Of a DNA stretch of 64,000 nt, positions 30,565 through 41,563 are shown in pieces. This DNA is from Rhodospirillales bacterium (GTDB lineage Bacteria > Pseudomonadota > Alphaproteobacteria > Bin95): contig JAYQLI010000035.1 in NCBI GenBank assembly GCA_038143065.1, positions 256,001-320,000 of the forward strand. Reading direction: 5' to 3'. The position numbers were made by a program, and so were the translations under genes. Under the pieces are notes generated by a model. The model had not been told where the DNA came from. It ran no database searches and worked only from the letters and a program-made list of their open reading frames with translations. How positions within the stretch are numbered: the first letter of the stretch is position 1; each line of letters opens with the position of its first letter.

Positions 30565-31974
30565 TTACGGTAATAAATTTTCGATACGCAAAAGAGTTTC
30601 GTCCTTACCTAACAAAGCTGCAACTTCAAACAAGCTGGGTGAAGCATCCAATCCAGTAAGAGCTGCACGTAGAGGTTGAGCTAAGTTCCCAAGTTTAAGA
30701 CCTTCTACTTCAGCCGTTGACCGAAGCATATTTTCAACATTGGATGCGTTCCAATCTTGTGCCTCGATCGTTTTTAGAGATCCTAGGGTCTTCGATAGTG
30801 AAGCCAAGGCTTCTTGGGTTGAAAGTATTTTTTCGGCTTTTTCACTTTTAATTGTTGGCGGCCCGGACAGGTAAATTTGAGCCATTTCGGACAGATCAAC
30901 TAAGGTTTTTGTGCGAGATTTTAGACTTTCTAATCCATCTTTGATACGTGTTTTTTCAATATCACTTAACACTCTACGTGTTTCACTTTCGAGCCTTTGA
31001 ATTACAGGTAAACACAGGTCTTCTGAGGATGTTTCTCTAAGATATTGTGAGTTAACACTTTCTAGCTTTGTTAGGTCAAAGCGGGCTGCAGCACGGTTTA
31101 CTGATGATAAGTCATAAAGAGAAATTGCTTCCTCTGTAGAAAAAATTTCCTGATCACCATGGCTCCAACCTAACCGAAGTAAGTAGTTGCGCACTGCTGC
31201 AGGTAGTAAGCCCATATCTCTGTAGGCATCCACTCCCAGGGCACCATGGCGCTTAGAGAGCTTTGATCCATCTGCTCCGTGTATTAGGGGAATGTGTGCA
31301 AACTCGGGGAGTGACCAATTCAAGGCATTAAAAACTTGGGCTTGCCGAAATGCGTTGTTGAGGTGATCGTCACCACGAATTACGTGAGTAATACCCATAT
31401 CATGGTCATCCACCACAACAGCCAACATATAGGTTGGTGTGCCGTCTGCACGAAGCAAGACCATATCATCTAACTCTTTATTTGCGACTCTTACCTCACT
31501 TTGAACTTTATCGACGATGACTGTTTCACCAGTTTGGGGAGCTTTTAAGCGGATTGCTGGTTCTATTCCCTTTGGGGCATCTCCCGGATCTCTATCTCGC
31601 CATCTACCGTCATAACGAAAGCGTTTTCCTTCAGCAGATGCGGCATCTCGCATGGCTTGAAGCTCTTCTGTTGTCGCGTAGCATTTGTAAGCATGCCCAG
31701 ATTCCAACATCATCTCGACAACCTCGCGATGTCGTTCGCTTCGCGAATATTGATAGATTGGATCTCCATCCCACTCTAGTTCAAGCCATTTCAAGCCTTC
31801 CAATATTGCTGTTATAGCCGGCTCTGTAGATCGTTTGCGATCCGTATCTTCAATTCGGAGTTTGAATTGTCCTCCAAAGTGGCGCGCAAATAACCAATTA
31901 AAGAGAGCCGTCCTAGCGCCACCTATATGCAAAAAACCAGTTGGTGAAGGGGCGAAACGGGTGACGATTGTCAT
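30565..31974 (-). CDS. gltX: glutamate--tRNA ligase
   Basis: '[14 protein letters not shown]', 'LRIEDTD', 'KLSKRHGA'. Confidence 0.97.
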   Translation of the reverse strand: MTIVTRFAPSPTGFLHIGGARTALFNWLFARHFGGQFKLRIEDTDRKRSTEPAITAILEGLKWLELEWDGDPIYQYSRSERHREVVEMMLESGHAYKCYATTEELQAMRDAASAEGKRFRYDGRWRDRDPGDAPKGIEPAIRLKAPQTGETVIVDKVQSEVRVANKELDDMVLLRADGTPTYMLAVVVDDHDMGITHVIRGDDHLNNAFRQAQVFNALNWSLPEFAHIPLIHGADGSKLSKRHGALGVDAYRDMGLLPAAVRNYLLRLGWSHGDQEIFSTEEAISLYDLSSVNRAAARFDLTKLESVNSQYLRETSSEDLCLPVIQRLESETRRVLSDIEKTRIKDGLESLKSRTKTLVDLSEMAQIYLSGPPTIKSEKAEKILSTQEALASLSKTLGSLKTIEAQDWNASNVENMLRSTAEVEGLKLGNLAQPLRAALTGLDASPSLFEVAALLGKDETLLRIENLLP

Positions 31975-32144
31975 AGCGCTACGGCTCCATTTTACATTTT
32001 GTTTGTATTCTCGGCAGGGTATACCTTGGAAATATCTAGTGTGGTCAATAGCTGACGATCATCGTGGGTAAGCAGACAAATGAATTGAACGCTAAATTGT
32101 CACTCTGGTGCTGTGTCTTATCCTTAGTCACCAGAAAATATTTA

Positions 32145-32164
32145 GATGGGACCGTTCTCCCATC
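32145..32164 (-). terminator. hairpin downstream of lexA, possible terminator
   Basis: GATGGGA-gaacgg-TCCCATC followed by an A/T-rich tail, 13 nt after the lexA stop. Confidence 0.45.
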
Positions 32165-32177
32165 GTGCATTTTATAT

Positions 32178-32867
32178 TTAATATTTGCGCACTAAACCCA
32201 CTAGTCTTCCCTGAACACTGACGTCCTGTGGCGAATATTCTTGTGGTGGAAAATCCAAGTTAGATGCCCGCAAGATGACACGATTATTATGAGCTTCAAT
32301 TCTTTTCAAAGTAGCTTCTTCATTGCGAACTAGAGCTACCACAATATCATTGTTTTCAAATTGAAGCCCTTCTTCAATAACCACTATGTCTCCATCAATT
32401 ATTCCATCGCCTTCCATAGATGCCCCGGAAACTGTCAACGCGTAATATTGGCCACGGCCAATCATGTTTGAAGGGACATCAACAAAATTGTTAGGGTCAC
32501 GTAATGCTTCGATTGGAGTACCTGCAGCTATTTGACCGTGAAGAGGCAATTGCACAGCATGCCCCTTAAAGTTTGTAACTGCTGAAGCTGACAATGGCTT
32601 AGCGCGTTGTGCTGGATGTTTTTGGTGAGATTTGTGATTATCAAGAGCAGCTGTTTCAGGTAGCCGTATTACTTCTAAGGCACGTGCCTTATGGGCAAGG
32701 CGCCGAATAAATCCACGTTCTTCCAATCCAGAAACCAACCTATGAACGCCTGATTTAGAGCGAAGACCAAGAGCATCTCTCATTTCATCAAATGATGGTG
32801 ATACCCCGGTTTCGCCAATACGTACGTTTATGAATGTTAAGAGTTCGCGTTGCTTTCGGGTAAGCAT
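32178..32867 (-). CDS. lexA: SOS repressor LexA
   Basis: 'PSFDEM...SKSGVHRL...LEERGFI', cleavage site 'IAAG', catalytic Ser in 'GASM' and Lys in 'ATLK'. Confidence 0.96.
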   Translation of the reverse strand: MLTRKQRELLTFINVRIGETGVSPSFDEMRDALGLRSKSGVHRLVSGLEERGFIRRLAHKARALEVIRLPETAALDNHKSHQKHPAQRAKPLSASAVTNFKGHAVQLPLHGQIAAGTPIEALRDPNNFVDVPSNMIGRGQYYALTVSGASMEGDGIIDGDIVVIEEGLQFENNDIVVALVRNEEATLKRIEAHNNRVILRASNLDFPPQEYSPQDVSVQGRLVGLVRKY

Positions 32868-32924
32868 GTTGGGTCCCCAAAATTGATGGCGCCAGACTGT
32901 AAAGCAATCCGTTTATCTCTAGGT

Positions 32925-32939
32925 GTTCTATTTTAGTTC
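32925..32939. promoter_or_regulatory. alphaproteobacterial SOS box (GTTC-N7-GTTC)
   Basis: GTTC-TATTTTA-GTTC upstream of lexA. A degenerate second copy, GTTT-N7-GTTC, lies at 32966-32980. Confidence 0.85.
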
Positions 32940-33015
32940 TCTTTTGGGGTCAATCGCTAACTAAGGTTTTTATTCTGTTCGCATTTGGTCAACGGAAATG
33001 TCTTTTCGAATTGTT

Positions 33016-34218
33016 TTATAAATGAATGTCCAGGGGTAGGGTATCCACTAAACTCCCTGCTGGAGCCTCCTCCATGTGAGGTGGTCGCACAATTAGGCAA
33101 TTTGCTTCTGCAAACACACTCATCATAGAGCTGTCTTGAATGGCAATAGCTTCGGCTTCAAAGCCTGACTCACATTGAGTTAATTTTGCTCGAACGTAAT
33201 CTTCACGCTGGTCGTTAGCGCCCATTGATTCTTTCAACCTGGCAGAGACTGTGTATGGGTCAGTTTCATGTTGCCCCAACATAAACCTTATCAATGGGGC
33301 TAAGAATAAGATCGCACATACCATCGTTGATACAGGATTTCCTGGCAGACCCAAAACTATCTGTTCCCGTAGTCTACCAAACATTAATGGCTTCCCCGGG
33401 CGCATTGCAATTTTCCAGAAGTCGACCTCAAGCCCTTCTTTTACGAGAGCTTGTTGAACCAAATCATGGTCGCCCACCGATGCGCCCCCGAGAGTGACGA
33501 GAATGTCAGCGCCCTTTGCTTGGTGTGCGGCAGATATAAGGGACTCCTCTGTATCTCCAGCAATATCAAGCAGGACAGCCTCACCGCCTACCTGATTTAC
33601 ATAAGAGGCTACCCCAACGCCGCTAGACCCAATGATTTGGCCTTGTCCTAGATCATCCCCAGGGAGGCGAATTTCATCCCCGGTAGCGAGTATCGCTACT
33701 TTTGGTCTCCGTGATACCCGAGCCCATAAGGTATTTATGCTAGCAGCAAGAGCTAGATGCCTTGGGGTTAAGATAGTGCCGGACGAAATCACCGTATCGC
33801 CTGTGCAAAAGTCCAGACCTGCTTTTCGAACATGACGACCAATGGTCTGCATTTCGTTAAACTTTGCTATATCCCCGATACGATCGGTATCCTCTTGTAA
33901 AACAACAGTATCGGTGCCGCGAGGGAGTTCGCCTCCGGTAAATATTCTGACGGTCTCTCCAGTGCCTACATGTCCATTAAATGGTCGCCCAGCAGGTGCT
34001 TCGCCAATCACCTTTAGCTCTGTGGGTGCAGTCTGTAGATCTTCTCCTCTAACAGCGTAACCATCCATCGCAGACATGTCTTTTGGTGGCTGTGTTCGCC
34101 GAGCGATAAGGGATGAGGAGAGTGTTCTACCAGCTGCCTCCGTAAGCATCACGATTTCAGTTTTTGGCTTAGGGGCAGTTGCCAGGATCCTAGAACGGGC
34201 TTCTGCAACGCTTATCAT
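33016..34218 (-). CDS. moeA: molybdopterin molybdenumtransferase
   Basis: 'SAMDGYA', 'IFTGG', 'ATGDE', 'GGASVGDHD', 'RPGKP', 'LPGNPVS'. Confidence 0.95.
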   Translation of the reverse strand: MISVAEARSRILATAPKPKTEIVMLTEAAGRTLSSSLIARRTQPPKDMSAMDGYAVRGEDLQTAPTELKVIGEAPAGRPFNGHVGTGETVRIFTGGELPRGTDTVVLQEDTDRIGDIAKFNEMQTIGRHVRKAGLDFCTGDTVISSGTILTPRHLALAASINTLWARVSRRPKVAILATGDEIRLPGDDLGQGQIIGSSGVGVASYVNQVGGEAVLLDIAGDTEESLISAAHQAKGADILVTLGGASVGDHDLVQQALVKEGLEVDFWKIAMRPGKPLMFGRLREQIVLGLPGNPVSTMVCAILFLAPLIRFMLGQHETDPYTVSARLKESMGANDQREDYVRAKLTQCESGFEAEAIAIQDSSMMSVFAEANCLIVRPPHMEEAPAGSLVDTLPLDIHL

Positions 34219-34715
34219 GAAGAGGCCTCAAAAGTTCCTGATTTACCCCCAGACTTAAAAAGAAGTTTAACGCCTTCTATCTTCATCTCACGATCAATAG
34301 CTTTTGCCATGTCATAAACAGTCAACGCAGAAACAGAAACTGCAGTTAATGCTTCCATTTCCACCCCAGTTTTGCCATTAGTTTTGCATTCGGCCATGAT
34401 CTCTACGGTCGTAAGATCTTCAGTGATCTTGAGATCGATATTGATAGCTGTAAGAGGGAGGGGGTGACATAAGGGAATTATGTCAGCTGTTTTTTTGGCT
34501 GCCATTATTCCAGCAAGCCTTGCAACTTGTAAGACATCTCCCTTGCCGATTTGACCATCCAATATCCGCTTGCCTGTTGCAGGTTGCATAACCACGCGGC
34601 CCATAGCTACTGCACGCCGATTAGTCTCTGGTTTGTCACCAACATCTACCATTCGGGCACGGCCGTCAGGGTCAAAATGGGTTAAATCTTCTGCCACTTT
34701 ACCGTCCCTTGCCAA
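34215..34715 (-). CDS. moaC: cyclic pyranopterin monophosphate synthase (start may be GTG at 34697)
   Basis: 'LTHFD..GRARMVDV', 'IPLCHP', 'TGVEMEAL', 'YDMAKA', 'KSGGKSG'. Confidence 0.95.
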   Translation of the reverse strand: MARDGKVAEDLTHFDPDGRARMVDVGDKPETNRRAVAMGRVVMQPATGKRILDGQIGKGDVLQVARLAGIMAAKKTADIIPLCHPLPLTAINIDLKITEDLTTVEIMAECKTNGKTGVEMEALTAVSVSALTVYDMAKAIDREMKIEGVKLLFKSGGKSGTFEASS

Positions 34716-35496
34716 TGAGTTCAGCAGCTGCTCTCATGACGTTGTCTTGTCGCATTAAGCGTTCGCCAACAAGGAAGCCTCGAGCGCCCCCAAGCCAGAG
34801 GTTCTTAAGGTCATCATTTGAGCTTATCCCACTCTCCGATATCACGACGCGGTCTTGTGGAGCATTCTTTACTAAGTCAAGTGTTGTTTGAAGATCGACC
34901 TGTAATGTCTTGAGGTTTCTATTATTTATTCCAACAAGAGGTGACTGGAGTTTTAGGGCTCTTTCAAATTCAAAAGCGGCATGGGTTTCAATCAATACAT
35001 CCATTCCAAGGCCAAAAGCTGCGTCCTCCATTTCTGAGGCTAGTACATCATCGACTGCAGCTAGTATAATTAAAATACAGTCTGCACCTAACGCCCGCGC
35101 TTCAGTTACTTGATATGTATCTAACATGAAGTCTTTGCGCAAAACTGGGAGGTCACACGCCTCACGAGCCTTTGAAAGATCAGTATCATCACCCTGGAAA
35201 TAAGGGCTATCTGTTAGCACTGAAAGGCAGGCGGCACCGGCTTGTTGATATGCCGTGGCTAGCGTTTTCGGATTAAAGTCTTCGCGAATGATGCCTGCGC
35301 TGGGAGAAGCCTTTTTAATTTCAGTGATAACAGGAAATTTACCAGCAGCTTCCTTTTCTTTAAGGGCGTTTAGAAATCCTCTGGTGGCTGGCCCATTGCG
35401 AGATTGGGCCTCAAGCTCATTTATAGATTTAAGCGACTTCTGTTTGGCAATATGTGCTCGTTTTCGTTCGCAAATTTCGGCAAGTACATCGTGCAT
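34699..35496 (-). CDS. trpC: indole-3-glycerol phosphate synthase
   Basis: 'EIKKASPS', 'LSVLTD', 'LRKDF', 'GINNRNL', 'SESGI'. Confidence 0.96.
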   Translation of the reverse strand: MHDVLAEICERKRAHIAKQKSLKSINELEAQSRNGPATRGFLNALKEKEAAGKFPVITEIKKASPSAGIIREDFNPKTLATAYQQAGAACLSVLTDSPYFQGDDTDLSKAREACDLPVLRKDFMLDTYQVTEARALGADCILIILAAVDDVLASEMEDAAFGLGMDVLIETHAAFEFERALKLQSPLVGINNRNLKTLQVDLQTTLDLVKNAPQDRVVISESGISSNDDLKNLWLGGARGFLVGERLMRQDNVMRAAAELIGKGR

Positions 35497-35509
35497 CTAA
35501 ATTTTCCGC

Positions 35510-36526
35510 TCAGGTGGCTTCATTTGTAATGGAAATCAGCTTCGCTAACGCATTTTTGCCCGAACCACTATCGATGCTCTCTGCTGCCATTTCAACGCCG
35601 TCTTTTACACTCTTCACCTTATCTGAAATAACCAGTGCTGCTGAGGCATTATAGAGAACAATGTCTCGGTAGGGTCCTTTGTGGCCATCAAGAAGATGGT
35701 TCAAAGCTTCAGCATTGTCTTTTGGAGATCCTCCAGCAAGGTCACTTGGTCTGGCGCGCGGAATACCTGCATCCTCTGGAGATATTTCAAACAACTCAAC
35801 TTTGCCGTCTTTAAGTTCGGCAACAGTAGAGGAATCTGTGGTAGTAAGTTCGTCCATGCCATCAGACCCGTGAACAACCCAGGCTCGAGTGCTCCCAAGC
35901 GATTTTAATACTTGAGCCTGCCGCTCGACGTAGTCGGCGGCGAAAATCCCCATGAGCTGCCTAGGGGCCTCTGCTGGGTTTGATAACGGGCCTAGAAGAT
36001 TAAAGATTGTTCGTGTTGCTAGTTCGGTTCTAACACTTGCCACATAGCGCATTGCTCCGTGGTGGCGTGGTGCCATTAGAAAGGCAATGTTCGCGTCCCA
36101 TAATGAGCGCTCAACTAATTTCATGTCAGCATCAATGTTGACGCCCAGCTCCGATAATACATCTGAAGAGCCTGATTTTGAGGATGCAGCCCTATTTCCA
36201 TGTTTGGCAACTGGAACACCACAGCCTGCTACAACAATTGCTACAGCGGTGGAGATATTGAGCGTACCTTTCGCGTCACCGCCAGTGCCGCACGTATCAA
36301 TAGCTCCTGGTGGAGCATTTATCCGGACTGCGCGTGAACGCATAGCACGTGCAGCTCCAACTAATTCTTCAGTTGTTTCGCCGCGTACCCTCATGCCCAT
36401 AAGAAGGGCGCCAATCTGCGCGTCTGTTGCATCACCCGACATCATTACTGAAAAAGCATTTTCGGCTTCGGCTTCGCTAAGACTCTGACCTAGAGAAACT
36501 TTTGAGATGAAAGGTTTTAGATCCAT
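35510..36526 (-). CDS. trpD: anthranilate phosphoribosyltransferase
   Basis: 'DTCGTGGD', 'NIST', 'KHGNRAASSKSGS', 'FNLLGPL'. Confidence 0.96.
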   Translation of the reverse strand: MDLKPFISKVSLGQSLSEAEAENAFSVMMSGDATDAQIGALLMGMRVRGETTEELVGAARAMRSRAVRINAPPGAIDTCGTGGDAKGTLNISTAVAIVVAGCGVPVAKHGNRAASSKSGSSDVLSELGVNIDADMKLVERSLWDANIAFLMAPRHHGAMRYVASVRTELATRTIFNLLGPLSNPAEAPRQLMGIFAADYVERQAQVLKSLGSTRAWVVHGSDGMDELTTTDSSTVAELKDGKVELFEISPEDAGIPRARPSDLAGGSPKDNAEALNHLLDGHKGPYRDIVLYNASAALVISDKVKSVKDGVEMAAESIDSGSGKNALAKLISITNEAT

Positions 36527-36530
36527 GTCT

Positions 36531-37169
36531 TCAGACCCCTGCTTGGGCGAACATTCGCCTCTCTGGCAATGGTTTGGGTTGCTGATTTGGCAAATTACCT
36601 GCAGTAGCTATTTTTAGGAAATTTCCTAAGAGTTGATGTCCATGTTGGGAGGCGATGCTCTCAGGGTGAAACTGTACTCCATGGATGGGGCGATCAACGT
36701 GGTGAACGCCCATTATGCATCCATCGATAGACCAGGCATTGGCAATGAGACATTCTGGAAGTGATGGAGGGGCTATCACTAAGCTATGGTACCTGGTAAC
36801 TTCGAAGTGCTTTGGCATTCCTTGGAAAACACCAGTTTTGTCAGTCTCAATGCGGCTTAATTTTCCATGTAGTGGTTCTGGAGCGCGAACTATTTTTCCA
36901 CCAAAGGCTTGTCCAATGGCTTGGTGGCCAAGGCAAACACCAAGAATTGGCAACGTTTTTGGAGCCTGACGAACTAAATCTACGCAAATACCAGCATCGT
37001 CTGGAGCGCAGGGGCCAGGAGATAAAATAACACCCTGATATCCCCTAGAAAAAACTTCTTCAACTGAGATTGAGTCGTTTCTTTTTACTTCAATTTTTGC
37101 TCCAAGTTCCCCCAGGAAGTGATTGAGATTATATACAAAACTATCATAATTATCGATCATAAGGAACAT
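36531..37169 (-). CDS. trpG: anthranilate synthase component II
   Basis: 'IDNYDSF', 'SPGP', 'GVCLGHQ', 'RYHSL', 'QFHPES'. Confidence 0.95.
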   Translation of the reverse strand: MFLMIDNYDSFVYNLNHFLGELGAKIEVKRNDSISVEEVFSRGYQGVILSPGPCAPDDAGICVDLVRQAPKTLPILGVCLGHQAIGQAFGGKIVRAPEPLHGKLSRIETDKTGVFQGMPKHFEVTRYHSLVIAPPSLPECLIANAWSIDGCIMGVHHVDRPIHGVQFHPESIASQHGHQLLGNFLKIATAGNLPNQQPKPLPERRMFAQAGV

Positions 37170-37198
37170 GATATATCTTCCTGTAGTGACTCTATGTT

Positions 37199-38689
37199 TT
37201 AGAGTCTGTGAGCTGCTTCAGCGGCCCTTATTAACGCTTGCGATTTATCGATACTCTCTTGGAATTCTGCCTCAGGGTCACTGTCAGCTACAACGCCTAC
37301 ACCCGCCTGAACATAGAGCGTTCCATCTTTAACGACACCTGTTCGTAAAGCGATACAAGTATCCATGGTTCCGTTGGATGCAAAGTACCCAATGCAGCCA
37401 GCATATATTCCTCGTTTAGTTGGCTCTAATTCATCAATAATTTCCATAGCGCGCACCTTTGGTGCACCAGATACAGTGCCTGCTGGAAAGCCTGCAATTA
37501 GCGCTCCAATTTCATCATAGTCTTGAGAAATTTGACCAACAACTGTTGAGCTCAAATGCATAACGTGGCTGTAACGCTCAATCTCGAATTGAGCGGTGAC
37601 TTGTACACTACCTACTTCAGATACTCTCCCAACATCGTTTCTGGCTAGATCAAGGAGCATTAGGTGTTCTGCCAACTCTTTCGGATCATTAAGAAGATTT
37701 TCAGCAAGCGCATTATCTTCTTGAGAGTTTTTACCTCTCCGACGTGTCCCAGCAAGAGGTCTTATAGTTACTTCACCGTCACGCACTCTTACTAGAATTT
37801 CAGGACTAGATCCAACCACAGCAAACCCTTCGAAATTCAAATAAAATAAGAAAGGTGAGGGGTTTAATCTTCGCAGTGCTCGGTACAGGTCAAATGGTGG
37901 CCGATTAAAAGGTGTTTCAAAACGTTGGGCTGGCACGATTTGAAAAGCATCACCCGCACGGATGTATTCCTTCGCGCGCTCAACAACTCCTAAAAATTCA
38001 CTCTTCGTAAAGTTTGAAGTTCTTTCTGTTGTGATTTCTGTGGCATCAAAATTTGGCCGTTCTGGCAGTGGTCCGTTAAGTCTTATAATCGCGTTTTCAA
38101 TTCTTTCGAGCGCCTTTTCAAAAGCTTCTTCTCCATTTAATTTTTCAGATGGTCGAACAGGAGTTACGATTGAAATACTGTCATCGACGCTGTCGAACAC
38201 AGCCATTACAGTCGGGCGTACAAACATTCCATCAGGCAGTCCGAGCGTATCTTCCGGCGTGTTAGGAAGTGTCTCCATAAGACGAACCATGTCATAGCCC
38301 ATGTAGCCAACAAGGCTTGATGCCATTGGAGGCAGACCTGGAGGCATATCGTCTATTTGTGACTCTTTTATTAGAGCGCGCAGCGAATCTAGCGCACCCA
38401 TACTCTCTGGGATGAACGCACCGCCGGTTAGTGCATCCCTGTTTGTTTCAGCCTTATTTTCTCTGCACCGCCAAATCAAATCGGGTTCAATGCCAATAAA
38501 TGAATAACGTCCTCTGATAGCGCCGCCCTCTACGCTTTCTAAAATAAAGCAATCCGATTTACCGGCCGATAATTTCAAATAAGCCGAGACTGTCGTCTCA
38601 AGATCAGCAGAAATTTGTGACCAGAGGACCTGCGGTTGGCCTGCGATATATTTTTCTAAGAAAACGGCCTTATCAGTGGAAGTTGGCAT
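37199..38689 (-). CDS. trpE: anthranilate synthase component I
   Basis: 'LESVEGG', 'NPSP', 'SSPE', 'AGTR', 'EHLMLLDLARND', 'PAGTVSGAPK'. Confidence 0.95.
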   Translation of the reverse strand: MPTSTDKAVFLEKYIAGQPQVLWSQISADLETTVSAYLKLSAGKSDCFILESVEGGAIRGRYSFIGIEPDLIWRCRENKAETNRDALTGGAFIPESMGALDSLRALIKESQIDDMPPGLPPMASSLVGYMGYDMVRLMETLPNTPEDTLGLPDGMFVRPTVMAVFDSVDDSISIVTPVRPSEKLNGEEAFEKALERIENAIIRLNGPLPERPNFDATEITTERTSNFTKSEFLGVVERAKEYIRAGDAFQIVPAQRFETPFNRPPFDLYRALRRLNPSPFLFYLNFEGFAVVGSSPEILVRVRDGEVTIRPLAGTRRRGKNSQEDNALAENLLNDPKELAEHLMLLDLARNDVGRVSEVGSVQVTAQFEIERYSHVMHLSSTVVGQISQDYDEIGALIAGFPAGTVSGAPKVRAMEIIDELEPTKRGIYAGCIGYFASNGTMDTCIALRTGVVKDGTLYVQAGVGVVADSDPEAEFQESIDKSQALIRAAEAAHRL

Positions 38690-38697
38690 TTTTTAGC

Positions 38698-40575
38698 TCA
38701 GTTGCTGCCGGAGAGGGTATCGGTTGGTTTTGGAGCAATTTCAGGTGGATGCACCGTACGAGCAAGTTTTCCAAGTAATTCAGCGCGTTCGTTTGCATAA
38801 AGATTAGACATTCCGGCAATGAATTCCTTCTCAGCATCTCCAGCAACATTAAAACCTGGGCGCTCGATATCACTCACGAATGCGGCTATTACAGTATTTT
38901 TGGTACTTGTTAGAACAGAATTATTTTCACGAGCACTGAAAATTTGTTCGATAAAGCCAGGTTGGAATTTACCCAAAGCAGTAAAATCCTCTCGCGATGA
39001 TAATTGGATTTCTGTGATATTAATTGCAGCCTCTTTTGAGGCCTGTTGGAAGCCAGAAATACTTGTGGCATCAACTAATTCTTTAAGTTGTGCTTGGCCT
39101 AGTTCGAGCTGCTTTTTTTGCGTCCACTTTTCTGATGCCTCTGCCCTAACATCTTCAAATTGCTTCGGCGCACTCTCGTAGATCTTGTCAACAATCAGGG
39201 CCATAAAGACTCCGTCACGAAGTTCTATTAACCCACTTTGGTCCCCGACCGTTCTCTCGAAAATTGCAGCAAGATATGAGGGATCTGCGGGCATCTCTAG
39301 AGATACTGAACCGTCTCTATCAACACCTCGACGATCTATTCCTTGGAGCTTGATTATGGGCAGGCCTGAAGCGGTAGAGGCGGCCTGCAGATCTCCACCG
39401 GCGGCTAATGCATCTTCAGCGGCATTAGCAATATCTGTAATTTTTGAAAGTGCCTGTTCTTGTTGCATTTCGAGTTTGAGCTCGTCAGCAACACTTTCTA
39501 GTGGTTTGATATTCTCGGGGGTAATTTTTTCTATGAACAGGACATGCCACCCAAGATTTGTGGCAATTGGGCTGCTAACTGGTCCCTCAGGCACGGTAAA
39601 GGCAGTCTTTGAGAGCTCAGCTGGGAAAATTTGTTCACGGCTTAACTTCCCAAGATCAATTACAGACCCACCCGCAATTTCGGCATTTTTCAAGAAGGTT
39701 TGCTTATTGCCAGGGGCTTTTGCTGAAAAATCTCTTGCGTCTTCCTCGTTTTGGAAAAGAGCTTGGGTCAGTGTCCTAATTTCAGGTGACCGATAACGCT
39801 CCTTTGAATCTTCGTAATAGTTTGCAATCTCGGCCTCAGAAATTTTCACGGTTTTTGAAACAGATGATGTTGATATAACGATTGCCCGAGCATCACGACG
39901 AGCTGGCTCGGCGAAAGAAGATGGGTTCTCTTTTATATAATTCTTCAGGTCATTATCGGTTGGCTTGGGCGCTGCAATGGATTTTATATCTAATTCTACA
40001 TAGGAAATACTGCGTTTTTGTCTCTCTAAAGAGAACATATTTTCAACTAAGGCATAGGGAGGGCTGATTTTTGCGCCAATGGAATCTCTGAGCTGCTTCC
40101 TTCTCAGCTCTGTTCGCATGTTTTGGGTGTAGGCTTCTTCATTTAGGCCAACAGAAGATAAAGACCGACGGAAACGGTCAGCATCGAATTTTCCGTTCTG
40201 TTGGAAGCTTGGATCGTTGCGGATTGCGTCTCCAATTCCTTGATCGCTGATTCCTATATCAAGAGCTTGAACTTCCATATCCAATGCAGCCTGGCCGACA
40301 AGTTGCTCGATTGCCGCGTCCCGAAGAGCTCCTTCGGGTAAATCCGATGGATTAAATTGGTTTCCTAGAAGTCTTCGCATTTGCTCGGTTTGTTGCCGCT
40401 CGGCAAGATCAACTTGACCTCGTCGAATTTCTATATCACCGACTTTTGCAACAACTGGATTTGAATCTGGGGTTAAGTAGTCGCCGATACCCCATACAGC
40501 AAAACTTAAAATAAGCAGCCCAAACAAAATTTTGGCTACCCAACCGGCAGCACCTTTGCGCATAGCGATTAGCAT
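38698..40575 (-). CDS. ppiD: PpiD-like periplasmic chaperone (SurA N-terminal plus rotamase domain)
   Basis: N-terminal TM 'LLILSFAVWGI', 'FQQNGKFD', 'PIATNLGWHV'. Conserved position between trpE and tpiA. Confidence 0.8.
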   Translation of the reverse strand: MLIAMRKGAAGWVAKILFGLLILSFAVWGIGDYLTPDSNPVVAKVGDIEIRRGQVDLAERQQTEQMRRLLGNQFNPSDLPEGALRDAAIEQLVGQAALDMEVQALDIGISDQGIGDAIRNDPSFQQNGKFDADRFRRSLSSVGLNEEAYTQNMRTELRRKQLRDSIGAKISPPYALVENMFSLERQKRSISYVELDIKSIAAPKPTDNDLKNYIKENPSSFAEPARRDARAIVISTSSVSKTVKISEAEIANYYEDSKERYRSPEIRTLTQALFQNEEDARDFSAKAPGNKQTFLKNAEIAGGSVIDLGKLSREQIFPAELSKTAFTVPEGPVSSPIATNLGWHVLFIEKITPENIKPLESVADELKLEMQQEQALSKITDIANAAEDALAAGGDLQAASTASGLPIIKLQGIDRRGVDRDGSVSLEMPADPSYLAAIFERTVGDQSGLIELRDGVFMALIVDKIYESAPKQFEDVRAEASEKWTQKKQLELGQAQLKELVDATSISGFQQASKEAAINITEIQLSSREDFTALGKFQPGFIEQIFSARENNSVLTSTKNTVIAAFVSDIERPGFNVAGDAEKEFIAGMSNLYANERAELLGKLARTVHPPEIAPKPTDTLSGSN

Positions 40576-40710
40576 TGAATGTTCCGTCTTTTACTCTTCT
40601 ATATTATAGGCGCCGGACTATAGGTGCGGATGCTTAAAGCCGCAATCGTTTGGGTTCCTTGAATTTAGATGAAGTGTTATTAGCACCCATCGATACTTGG
40701 AGGGATAGTT

Positions 40711-41470
40711 GTGGCAGATCGAGGATATCTGATTGCAGGTAATTGGAAGATGAACGGCAGTCTTGAGAGCGCTACAGAGCTTTCGAGTGCTATTGCTGAC
40801 GGTTCGTCAAATATTTTGGAAACCGTGGAGCTTCTTCTTTGTCCACCAGCTATTCATTTACAGGCAACCGCAGCAGCAATTTCTGGTACAAACGTCAGGC
40901 TTGGTGGACAAGATTGTCATGAAGCGGAGAGTGGGGCATTCACTGGTGACATTTCCGCTGAAATGTTAGCCAATATGAATTGTTCTTATGTCATCGTTGG
41001 TCACTCCGAACGACGAGATGCACACCATGAGGGTGATGCGTTGGTTTGGAGAAAGGCAAACGCCGCACTTCGTGCAGGTTTAGCTCCGGTAATATGTGTA
41101 GGGGAAACTGAACAAGAGCGGCTCTCAGGTAACGCTGAGGAAGTAGTAGCCAAGCAGTTAAAAGCTTCAGTACCAGATGGGGTAGATGGTTCAAGACTCT
41201 CTGTCGCTTATGAACCAGTTTGGGCAATAGGAAGTGGACGTACTCCAACTCAGGAAGAGATTCTATCTGTTCATTCAGCAATGCGCAAAGCATTGAAAGA
41301 TCTTCTTGGGAGTGATGCTGGTGAATTCTATTAGGCTGCTTTATGGAGGTTCTGTGAAGCCTGGAAATGCCTTGGAAATACTGACGCTATCAGAGGTAGA
41401 TGGTGCTCTTGTTGGTGGTGCTAGTTTGTCTGCAGGTGATTTTCTATCAATCGCCTTGGCTGTAAAATAG
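40711..41470 (+). CDS. tpiA: triosephosphate isomerase; frameshift near 41325
   Basis: 'AGNWKMNG', 'GHSERR', 'AYEPVWAIG'. After the shift, 'LLYGGSVKP...[11 protein letters not shown]' runs to TAG at 41470. Confidence 0.95.
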
Positions 41471-41563
41471 GTCCCACTGGAATTTCTTGTCTCTATGTTT
41501 TAGACAGTCATTGAAATAAAGAGCGCATTAGTAGATCTTCTTTATAAAGCTAAGAGTGTTGCA

